Source: Podarcis pityusensis (lineage: Eukaryota). Taken from it: a DNA stretch of 64,000 nucleotides. Numbering within the stretch: the stretch's first letter is position 1; each line of letters begins with the position of its first letter. The translations under genes and the position numbers were made by a program. The notes beneath the pieces are model-generated. The model did no database searches and was not told the origin of the DNA. It saw only the letters and a program-made list of their open reading frames with translations. Below, in pieces: positions 1 through 10,841 of this stretch. The stretch lies in assembly GCA_964106645.2 (NCBI GenBank), contig OZ067051.1; one strand, 5' to 3'.

Positions 1-3
1 ACA

Positions 4-26
4 CAGCAGCAGCAGCAGCAGCAGCA
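4..26. repeat. (CAG)n microsatellite
   Basis: Seen directly. Confidence 0.9.
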
Positions 27-54
27 CTCTCCCTTTTGGGCTTCCCTCCAACTG

Positions 55-545
55 AGCTTCAGAGACATAGCACCTCTGACAGTGGAGGTGGAGCATAGCC
101 ATTGTGGCTAGTAGCCATTGGTTGCCATATCTTCCATGAATGTGTCCAGTCCTTTTTAAAAGCCGTTCAAGTTGGTGGTCATCACTACTTCTTGCAGGAG
201 TAAATTCTGTAGTTTAACTATGTGCTGTGTGAAGAAGTCCTTCCTTTTTTCTTTTTAAAAAATCTTAGTGGAAATTCAGTTCTTGTGATTTCCTTTATTT
301 TAGTTTTGGTTTTGCATTTTCACTTTTATTCACAACATTTTATTGACACTTTTATTGTCACAACATCCATATTTCTATATCAAGGAAAAATGAATGAAAA
401 GTCCTTCATTTTGTCTGTTCTAAATCTTCAAAAGTTCAACCTGTTGTGTGGCCCTGAGTCTTGAGGGAGGGAGAGGTTTCTGTACACCATGCATAATTTT
501 ATACACCTCTGCCATGTGTCCCTCCCAACTCATTTTCCCCCTCTA
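55..545 (-). mobile_element. CR1 LINE 3' fragment (decayed), interrupted by a ~150 bp insert
   Basis: The reverse strand resembles the CR1 ORF2 end (KDFFTQHIVKL...NSLxQEVVMxTNL..FK.GLD.FMED) followed by a squamate CR1 3'UTR. Confidence 0.7.
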
Positions 546-1526
546 AATATTATAAATTGCAAATATTAAAGCCAATGCCATAAAAACAAATAACATCAGG
601 GCAAATTTAATAATTGGAACCACCCCTATGAGAAAGCACAATAACAAAATTGTCGTTCAGGAAAATGCTGTGAGACTTGACTGGATGGTGAATTTTTGTG
701 TTCAGCTCATAAAAATAATGTGAATTCAGAGGGCTCTGGCAACCTTCTGCAAAATCATATTTCTGTACAGGTGTGTAACAAAATACCTTTTAAGCCCCTT
801 TGATGTTTTATTAAACAGCCCCTCTTCTTGACAGGAGGATGAGATTTTTGCTGATTTCCTGTTCGGTTCCTTTTGCCTTCCAAAAATCTGCTCCAGATGG
901 TTGAGGGACCCACCAGAACCTTTGGGTAGGGGAGATTACTGGGGTCTGCAGGGAGAATTGGAGAAAGCCCTCTTCCTGTAGTGGATACCTCAACTCAGTC
1001 AGAGCACATTTTATAAACTGTAGGAACCATTCATTACATTTCTAAGCCTGGATCTAACCCGGAGATTTGAGGGCTTTATTGCTTTGGTTGCAATTTTAGG
1101 TTTATTATTTAGTATAAAGACCATAACTACTGGTTGAATAAAATGGATTGTTCTCATTTGCATAAACGTTATTAAGCTTTTCTTACCCCACATTAATATT
1201 GATTGTCATTTGAGCCAAATTATTAATTTTCACAATCCCTTGCAGTAATTGATTAGAGATTAGAAACTAGCTGAGTAGTATCTCTGTTTCACAATTAAGA
1301 CCTCCATACTGAAGCTCTGATTATTCATTAATGCAGTGCATTGAATCCATGGTGGAAGCTTCTGACATGGATGAGGGCATGTCAGGGTTGGAATGTCAGG
1401 ATCTCTGTGGGGTCTCACACTAATTTAATCCGGTATTTTAATTTAGTTGGCTGATCTGGGAATAGGATGGCTTAAGTGTGATAAGACAATTTCTATATAA
1501 ATAAGTAACATACATATTTTAATTAG

Positions 1527-4500
1527 GATGAAACAGGTGCCTACTTAATAGACAGAGATCCAACCTACTTTGGACCGGTGTTGAATTATCTCCGACACGG
1601 GAAACTGGTTATCAATAAAGACCTCGCAGAGGAAGGTATGTTTTGCTGTTTAGGAAAACTGCTTTAATGCTTGATCATAGCTGTGAAAAATCACTTTGGG
1701 TGTAATTGGTTTCACATATGCAAAGCAGGGCGGCCTGTTTGGGCTGGGCTAGTTTGTAGCATTGCTGTGCAACTTGCACTGGCCTTCAGATCTTGAGACC
1801 TGAATGATCCTTTAGAAACCAGGATTTGGCACCTGAAGTGCTGTGAGGTCACTGTTTTGGGGAGGTTGTTGGCTGGTGCATGACCTACCTGGAACACTCT
1901 CCTTGCTCCTGGGCTTTCTCTTTCTGCTTTGGTCTTGGAGCAGAGGCCTTGCCTTATCCTGACCAGGGCAACAGTTCAGAGGGACAGTCTGCCGCTTGGC
2001 CACGCAGTGCCTCTCAGGGCCTGTTTGTGACACAGACTTTCTCACATGTAGCTGGAGTTTTATGAGGCCCTCTTTTGACTTTGTGTTCCCCTCCAATCAG
2101 GTGTGCTTGAAGAAGCTGAATTCTACAACATCACATCCTTAATCAAACTTGTAAAGGACAAAATAAGGGAACGAGACAGCAAAATCTCACAGGTAGGACC
2201 TGCTAGTTTTTTTTAAATTTGATTTGTTTTTGAGGTAGCCTTGGCTTGACTTCATTTCATAATGTGTGGCTGTGTTTGGTGCCCAAACTGAGGGAATTAT
2301 GAGAAGTGGCTTCTGGTGGTATCAGATGCCATTTTTCCTTCCGTGAGTGAAATGTTTGTGCTTGTGGCAATGCCAAAAGGGAGGAGGGCAGCAGAGAGAT
2401 CTCAGCAGAGGCTGAGGCAAGTGGCTTTTTTGCACTCTGGAGCTCAGTGGTAACGGAGAAGGGACTCATTTGGAAGACATGATGGTTGAAACCAGTGGCC
2501 ATTCTTGGCCTGCTTCATCTTTCAGCTGTCTCTCTGTGTTTTTCACCAAAGGTGCCAGTCAAGCACGTTTACAGGGTGCTGCAGTGCCAGGAAGAGGAGT
2601 TGACTCAGATGGTCTCCACCATGTCTGATGGCTGGAAATTTGAGCAGGTAAGAGAACGGGAAGCAAACACTTCAATCTTTCAAGGACCATACAAACAAAC
2701 AAAAAAGCAGGCGAGAGGAGTGTGAGGGTTGGAATAATTGTGGGTGTTGTGGGCTTGGGTCCTGGAATGGTCAGGAAACTCAGACAAATGTTTGTACTTT
2801 TACAGCAGTTTGCCTGGTTGCTCAAAGTGCGTCACATATTAACTCTAGTTGTTTCTTAAAGTAACTCTGTAGAGAAGGACAATATCATTATTTCCCTACT
2901 GGGAATAAGCCTTTGGATGTGCCACTGAGCTTGTGCCTTAGGAGATGCTTGATTTGCAGCTTATACTCTCAGCCTGAGTTGCACCTTCTTGGCATTTCCA
3001 TGGGAAATCACACAGCAGGCACGAAGCACTTCATTCCTCCAGCACTGTGCCATGTGGCCATTTCAAGGCAAAGATCCATTTGCTCCACTTTTTATGTAGA
3101 GAGCTCTTGGAAACATAGTCCTCTGGGATTAACTCTGGTGGTGGTATGAACACTGTTACACACAAAAAACAGCTAAAAATTAGAAATTCTTGTAACTAGG
3201 CTCTAAACTGTAGCCATGTAGTTATGTTTGTCCACCAAGATGCCATGTCAGTGCCAGTGCTTCAGACCCTGCCATCAGTATTGCAGTACTGATCAGATCA
3301 CTGGTATTTGTTTGTACAAGCACCACAGCTCTCTGTGGTGGAAGATTCTCAGTTAATGGAGATTTGGAGAGCAGGAGGAATCAAGCAAAATCTTTTTGGC
3401 TCAGAACTGTCCCTCAACAGGCACTAGCTCTCCAAGAGCAAAGAAGAGTGTGGAATCCCCACAACTATGTCTCTGGGCCTGTATTTTGTACATCCATTGT
3501 GGATGGCTCTAGGCCTGCAGTCTTCCTTCTGTGCAACATTCTAGGAGTTTCACAGCTGTGTGTTTACACAGTCAGTGCTCTGTGTGGTCAGGATTGCTTA
3601 CACTCCATGTGAAACACTGACGCCTCCTATCTGCATAATGCCACACTCTCCTGCCTGAGCATGAATTATAGGAAGGGACAGGGGCCACTCTTAATGTTAG
3701 ATGCCCCTTGTGGGAACAGGAAGGAGAGAGCTCCACCTTTATTTAATAGCCCAGAATGTTGACAGTCAGAGCTTTGGTTGTAATCCCTTATTAAGTTCTG
3801 TCTGAAGCACAAGAACAGCCCCCCTCAGTTGTCTCTCTTTCCCACCTCCAGCTAGTCAGCATTGGATCTTCCTATAACTATGGGAATGAAGACCAGGCCG
3901 AATTCCTTTGTGTTGTTTCCAAGGAGCTGCACAACACCCCTTATGGCACGGCCAGTGAGCCCAGCGAAAAGGCAAAGGTGAGTCATCTTCAGGGTGGAGC
4001 AAGGCCCAGCTGCTGCCTTCCTCTGCCATCAAAGGTTGTTTGCCAGTTGCTACTAAGAAAGGAGCTTGCTTGGGTATCCTCTGCCCACCCTTTCTCAGGT
4101 GTCCAAGCACAAGACACACATGAGCACACTGAGCAGTTGTCGAAAAAGGAGGCTCCAACATCACACCTCTTATGCAGGAGCAACAGTAAACCAGCCTTGG
4201 GTGTGATAAAGCACTGAGGTGCCTTCATAAGCCATTTTAGGCTTCTGTCCATTTCAATGCTGTTAAACTCAACTGTATGAAGATACCCTGCCCCATGCAA
4301 AAAGAATCTCTAATGGTTATGGATGTCTAATCCTCAAACACCCAACTCCCAAAGAGCAGCTAAACCTTTTTTCTGGAAAATGATAGGTGCTATTCTAGGT
4401 GTGCCTGCATCTGGGTGCAACCCAAAAAACACAGACGCACCCACCAACGCGGAAACCTTCATTTATTGCAACCAAAAAATAAAGGCATATAAATCACATT

Positions 4501-7500
4501 TCAGTGTCAAGGCTAATTTATGTATGCCAACACAGGCATGCCTTGTTGGCCTTGAATATAAGCCACACTTTCCCCCCAAATTCCGACCGTGAAAAGTGTG
4601 GCTTATATTCGCGACCTTATGGTATGCAGCCAGGAGTGCGGGGCAAACAGCGGCAGGAATGCGGCAAAGTAGTGCCCGCCCTGCATGTAGTTCCCTATCT
4701 TCTCCCTCAAGACCAGGAAGGGAGAGAACAAGGAAGGGGAAAGGCCGCCGGCAATACAGCACAGCTCCCCCTTCCCAGTATGCAACCAGAAGCAGCGAGG
4801 ATGGGAGCGGCTTATATTCAAGTATATTTTCTTTTCCCCCCTCCAATTTTAAAGGTGCAGCTTATATTTGGGTCAATATGGTATATAGACTGGCAGGTGC
4901 TTTTGATTCTAACACACCCATAACTCGAAGCTGGAGAATTTAAGATGCCCTGTATTGGGAGAAGGAAAGGTAGGGTATCCCATGACTTCAGGGTTCTCTT
5001 TCTTTCTAGTTTCCAACTTGAGGTACCCAAAGTTTCATGGCCTTAAATCCAGCAAAAGCTTTCCTTATGAGTGCAGGGTGAAAGAGGCAAAGTGGAGCTC
5101 TGAGGAATTCCCCCCACCTACACAATTCAAAGCCTTGCTACTGAAATACACTTTTAGTGAAACTTGATCAATAATGTCAATGATGTTCTTACTTTCGAGA
5201 AAGTAGTGAGAGTCCGGTGTGTGGCTAATATCTCCTGTCCTGGGGCCGACGTGGAACCCAATTCCGGCTGTCAGCTCCTCTGAGTTAAACAGTCCCTTGA
5301 TCTACTCCTAGCTTTTCCATAAATCATGGCGAGAAATTTCCCTCTGGCCTGAGAAAGCACTCTGCTGACAGGACTATAATTAGAGGCCCTGCCCTTGGTT
5401 GCCAATGTTATTGTCTGGCTGCTCTGCTGCGGTTAAAATCAGGATGTCTGTGTTCATGTCATGTGGCATTCAGTAGAGACAAAAGGGTCAGAATTCCGGG
5501 GGATGGGGGAGAGAAAGGCAAAGGGGCATATGTCCCAAGATGCATCAGGCCTATGCCAGGCTACAGTCGACTGAGATGAACCAAGGTTCTGGTGTCATAC
5601 ACCATGCTTGCATAACTGTTAATTAACACAGTCGTGCCATGGGCATAAGTCAATGCCAGCCCTCTCTGCACATTTTTCATTGAGTTTTCAACATAAAATA
5701 CAATGAAAGCCAAACTAATCCAAAGAAGATAAATAGGCACACAAAAGAAGACAATAAAGAAGTAGAAAATGAAGAGAAGAAGAAAAAAACACAAGCTTCT
5801 CTATCATAATTATATCTTAACCTTTATTCCACACACAGACGGGTGAACCCTCCCACCTGGGAGCTTCCTCCTCTTCCCCCAGCCTCCCTCCCTGGGAGAT
5901 CCTCTCTGCCCTGCCCCTTGCGCTGGGCCCTTCATCTTCCATCCATCTGCACCTTTTTAAATGAAGCTGCTGCTGCTGTTGTCCAAGAAGCTGGCAAACA
6001 GTGTGCCAGGCAGCTTGGAAGCAAATGTGCGATTTCTGTATCACTGTCCTATTTCACTCTCTACCTTATGCTTTCCCTTGGCCTTCGGCTTTGTAAACAG
6101 ACAGCGAGATTGTAGAGTGATTGTTTCTGAAGGTGCAAATGATGTGCCAGATGCTATAGTTATGTTCAGAAAGATCTAAACTTCAAGATCCTTGCATGAA
6201 CTCCTGAATTAATGAAGAGGGCACAGATAGAAGGCAAGGTCTTTTGTGTTCATCTGGCACTCTTGCATTGTGTGGCATTTGCATGCTAGAGAGAAGTGGC
6301 CATGCTGGGATTTGTGCCTGTTGAGAAGGAGGAAGATGATGTTGGAGTTGGGTGAATTAGTAAAGGTGCAAGGCAGAGCCCACAGACACGAGAAAGCCCA
6401 GCTTCTTGCATCTTCACTAATGGCCAGTCATAGTTCAACAAGACCTCTGGCACACGAGGTGGAATCCAGGTGTCCTTGCAGGCATGAGTGCTCTCCAGCT
6501 CACACCCTGCAGAGCAGCTGCTAACCAGCTAAGAAACTGTTTGGATGTTTATCAGGAAAGGTTGTATGGGGGTGGGGTGATGGTGGCTGGGACACAGGGC
6601 AAAGGGACAGGCATCTCTCTGAGTTCTTTTGAAGAGAGAGGTGGCTCTTATGCACATCCTTAAGAGTTTGCTTTTAAATATATCAACAAAAAAACAACTC
6701 GGGCTCCCATGCCCAATTAAATCTTGATTAACCAAAAAAAGTTGGTTGGGGGAAGTTAGACAAAAGGAAGAGGGAATATGGAATTACAGCATCTGAGCCA
6801 GACACCCAGAAAGTTACTAAACTGCTTTCACATGAAAGCACATAAATTAGAAATACTGTTTTTGGTCTGTGGACGAAAGTTCAATTTCCAGTGTTTCCAG
6901 GCTAGTAATGTTTAGCCACCAAAAGGTGGGATTTGACCATAAACTATTTGCCTCTTCTGGATGTGAAACCTATGGGATGGTAACCAGTGACTTACTCTAG
7001 TGCAAGGTGAGGCACTCCATTTTCAACACACCCACCTATTGCAGCCCCGTGTGCCATGTCCCTTGCTTTGCCAGAGGGTCCTTGACACTGGATATGGGTG
7101 TTTTGCTGCTGCTTGGCAGCTTGACAGCTGTTTTCAGTGGTGGTTCGCCCTCTTCACACTGTGGTGGCTTTTTCCTTGCGCTGTAGCTGCTCTTCCAGCG
7201 GTTGACTGGCTGGCTGCACTGTTGGATTGCTTCTGTGATCAACTCGCAGAAGACTCTTCTGGGTCACCCTTCACAATTCAGGGGCTGGCTTGGACAGAAG
7301 TCTCTTGCTAAGACAAATCCAGGCCAGACTTTTCCGGATCTCTTTCCTCAATCTCCTTGTGTAGGGCAGCTGTTGAAGTGAATGGGCCAGTTGTCCAAAG
7401 ATCACCAAGCAGAAGCCTTGAATCCTCTCTCAGGCAGCCTGGGGACGTTTATACTTTACTCACCTTGCACTCTTTTCTTTTCCTTTCCTTCCTGCTCTTT

Positions 7501-10500
7501 GCACTTGCTTCATGAAACTCAGAGTGAAGACGAAGAGACGGATTACGATATGAATGACTCAGATTAAGTGTGAATGCCATGGTGAGCACTAGGACTTCAC
7601 CCACCTGCCTGTCCTCCCTCTGGCCTCTCCCACTGGTGCATCTTGTTTTGTGTTTGTAGTTGCTGCCTTGACCCTGTTGCTGGGTAGCCGTAGGCCCCTA
7701 GACTGCCTAGTGGTCCACTTGTGTTGGCTCCTTTACTTCCTGCTGCTGTTTCAGAGGAAATGTGTTTTTGTGGCTCTTCTCACAGGGAGGAAAGCAAGAC
7801 TCCACCAGGGAACCCATCTGCTTTTCACTTTAGAAAACCAGGGGAAGGTAGGGGCCAAAAGGTCTGAGTTGCAGTCGCCTTCCTATGATGGCCACAGACT
7901 TTGGGTTGCTTGCTCTTTTCTTTTTTAAACTAGTACGCCTTCAGGAATTCCGGATTGCATGCCATGAAACATAGTCTTCAATCAGATGTCTACAATTGCT
8001 TTCTCTTTAAGTTTGGGTGCAGACTTCACATCTGCTATGAGAGCAGGGGAAACAAATTGGAAAGAACTCTGTGTTTGTGGAGAAAGTGGATAGAGTTTCT
8101 TTCTCCCTCATAATGCTAGAATTCAGAAGGGTCATCAAGGAAGCTGCATGCTGGAAGATTCGGGATAGAGAAAAGGAAGTGCTTCCTAACACAGTGCACA
8201 CTCCTGCAAGATGATGGCTTTGAAAGAGGATTAGACAGATTTATGGAGGAGGAGGAGGAGGAGACTGTAGATAGCTATGAGGCCCATAGCCAGTATTGGA
8301 GGCAGTTGCTGAGGAGCGTAAGTGGGAAGATGGTGCACCTGTTGCACTGATATTCTGCTTGTGAGCTTCACAGTGGTTGATCACTGTGATAACAGGATAG
8401 TGGACTAGATCCAGCAGGTTCATTCCAAGAGGAGCCTCCTGCTCAAAAATAATCTTGGTTCTTCGCTTTCTGGAGGGAACAGCCTCATGTTTGCAGGCCA
8501 GCCTCAAGACTGGCCTAACGATTCAAAAAGAGCAGAAGGATTGTCACCATGGCTGCCAGAGCTGTAGCAGAAAGTTGGTCTGGTTCTTTTGCTGAGTGAG
8601 CAGACTATAAGTGTGTACACCTTCCCTGTTTTGCCATGATGAAAGGAGAAAGAGGTGGGGAGAAGGGTGCCAGGAGTCTGAGTCAGGAGGTGTGAACTTT
8701 TCCAATGACGGCTCTACCTGAAAGCAGCACTGGGATGGGCTGGAAATTCCCTGTGCTTCACACACCCGTAATGTGCCCTTCCTCCAAGTATATAAAGCCC
8801 TGCATTACTGTGTGAGGGACTGGCCTTGAGCTACCTAGTGGATTCCACAATCAAGGTCCTGAGTTGTTTTTAATGCAGCTGGTGTGTTGTTGACTCTTAT
8901 TTCCCCAGCGACAATCTAGTAAAAGCAAGGCATGTTGTGTTTTTCCCTGCTTGCCCTGAGTGGGGATTTGTCCCTGTTCAAGGCCAACACTATCCATTTT
9001 CATCAGTGCTGATGCAAAGAGGAGAAACAGGTGAGGATTTTACAGAGAAGGTCCCTGGGAATTCTTTGGATGAGGAAGAGGCCTAGTGGAAACTGCAGGT
9101 GTTGCTGGCCAAATGACGCAGTGCTGAAACAACAACACACACTGTGTTGGCTACAAGGGGTATTTTGCCCTGAGATGTTTTGGGTTCCCAACATGCCAGT
9201 GCTATTAAGCAGATAAGGGTCTTTAAAAATAATAATGATTCATGTTGTTATTTGAACTATCTTATCCTTGCTTGGTGAAGCCAAGGAGTGAGGCTCCTTG
9301 ATTCTCTGGCAGAGCCACTGAGTTCTCCTTAGTCCTCGTCCTCCTCAAGCAACACAGATAGTGGCCTGGAATGTGGCTCTTTGGTGCCCTTCCCAGGTCC
9401 TTCAGTTGAGGGCTGAAAAGTACCTCTGGTCTGTACTGCTCATCCCCAGGCGAGGAGGAAGGCAGCAGCTTATGGGCAACCGAGGCCAGCTGTGAAGTGT
9501 CAGAGTGCACAGCCTGCCACAGCAACACCTTTATTTCCTGTTCTTGGCCAAGGTGTCTCCAAAGTGACTTGGAGTTTTATGGTGGTTTCTTCTAGTAGTT
9601 GATGTCATCATCACCCAGGTTCCAGGCAGGGAGGAGGCAGCCAAAAGGGTTCTCCAACCCTGATACAGGGCAGGATACTTAATTGCTAGAAAAATCTATG
9701 AAGCCAGGATATTTACAAATATTTCCTTAAGAGTGTGAAGTTATACCATGGAACTATTAAATCTCAGTAACTAGATCCCAATTGCCGAAAATTTGATAGA
9801 GGGACCTTACAATTGTCTAAAAATGTGCTACACATTTCTGCCTCAAAGAGGAGAGTGAAGTGTACCCCCTCCCAATTAAAGTGCATAATCCTTCAATATT
9901 GTATATACGCAAACTAAGAGACTGATGACTGGACACACCGGAAAGTGGGGTATTAGTACATCTTTCTTTGGAAAAGGTTGACAGGCTGCACTGTATTAGA
10001 AACTTTAAATCTAGCACACTCGCCACTGAAGACATCCTCATTGCTTGAAAAACAATAAAATAAGCACTAAAGGGAGGGCATCAAAACTGGAGCAAAGAAA
10101 CCAGGCAGGCATGGTTCTGCAGCCTCAGGTTGTGATCTACAACTGTTGTTCACTTGAATTAACCTTTTGGAGGGGAGGGGGATTTCCAGTAGCTGCACCC
10201 CTACTTGCAGATTTCAAACGTCATACTAATAAATGCTATAGAGTCATAGAATTGTAGAGTTGGAAATGGATCTCCGAGGGTCATTTAGTCCAACTCCCTG
10301 CAATGCAGGAATCACAGCTGAAGAATCCCTGACAGATGGCCATCCAACCTCTGCTTGAAAACCTCCAAGGAAGAAGACCCCACACTTTCCGAGGGAGTCC
10401 ATTCTACTCTCAAACACTTCTTACCACTAATGCTTAGTGAGAACATAATCAGCAAAATGAGCTGTTGATTGCATAAATGGCCCATTTTTTAATCCACAAC

Positions 10501-10841
10501 TGTTCTTTTCAAACTGGGAGCTGGACCACTCACATACACTGGCCTAGTTGTACAGCCTAGCTAGTTTTGTAGGGAATGGGTGAGTCTGGCCTGTTGGCAG
10601 TTCCCTTAATTAACTTCCTATGTTTTGAGTAGCAGCTGACTGCCTAGTTCACCATCATGTGCCAAGGTGTCTTGCGTCAGAGAACAAAATCAGTTTGTTT
10701 GCCTGTTTTAAGGTTTTGCCTTCAAGAATGCCGGAGTCTTTCCACTGTGTGAGTCTTGCTGGAGAACCTTACCATGCAGAATCTCACCACTTTTTGTTTG
10801 TTTCCTTCCAGATCTTGCAGGAGCGAGGTTCAAGGATGTAA
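1527..10841 (+). CDS. KCTD5: BTB/POZ domain protein KCTD5 (CUL3 adaptor), 5'-partial, coding exons 2-6
   Basis: Exons 1527-1635, 2101-2192, 2552-2647, 3852-3977, 10812-10841, all AG/GT-flanked and in phase. They translate [150 protein letters not shown]. The residues and the neighbouring genes favour KCTD5 over KCTD2/17. Confidence 0.95.
4538..4885. mobile_element. Tc1/mariner-pogo-type non-autonomous DNA transposon (MITE)
   Basis: Imperfect terminal inverted repeats TGCCTTGTTGGCCTTGAATATAAGCCACAC / GTGCAGCTTATATTTGGGTCAATATGGTA, internal repeats of GCTTATATTC, and a TA at the right end. Confidence 0.65.
7523..7581 (+). CDS. KCTD5: Candidate alternative KCTD5 cassette exon encoding acidic C-terminus [14 protein letters not shown]
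   Basis: Long pyrimidine tract (about 7463-7510) then CAG acceptor at 7520-7522. Phase 0 matches exon 5, stop TAA at 7565-7567, donor ATG|GTGAGC after 7581, and 3 CpGs in 45 nt. Confidence 0.6.
8075..8420 (+). mobile_element. CR1 LINE 3' fragment (decayed)
   Basis: GATGGCTTTGAAAGAGGATTAGACAGATTTATGGAGG ([12 protein letters not shown]), followed by 3'UTR ending TGGACTAGATCCAGCAGG. Confidence 0.65.
10238..10425 (-). mobile_element. CR1 LINE 3' end
   Basis: ATAGAGTCATAGAATTGTAGAGTTGGAA...GGTCATTTAGTCCAAC is the reverse complement of the CR1 hairpin plus TTCTATGA tail. Confidence 0.75.

Noticed and set aside
5180-5283. Possible C/D snoRNA (ATGATG...CTGA)
   Set aside because: Imperfect C box, no terminal stem and no recognisable rRNA antisense element.
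7934-8010. Acceptor-like site TTTTTTAAACTAG|TACGCC in KCTD5 intron 5
   Set aside because: Good pyrimidine tract, but no convincing donor and the frame runs into a CR1 remnant; kept only as weak context for the tail-exon hypothesis.
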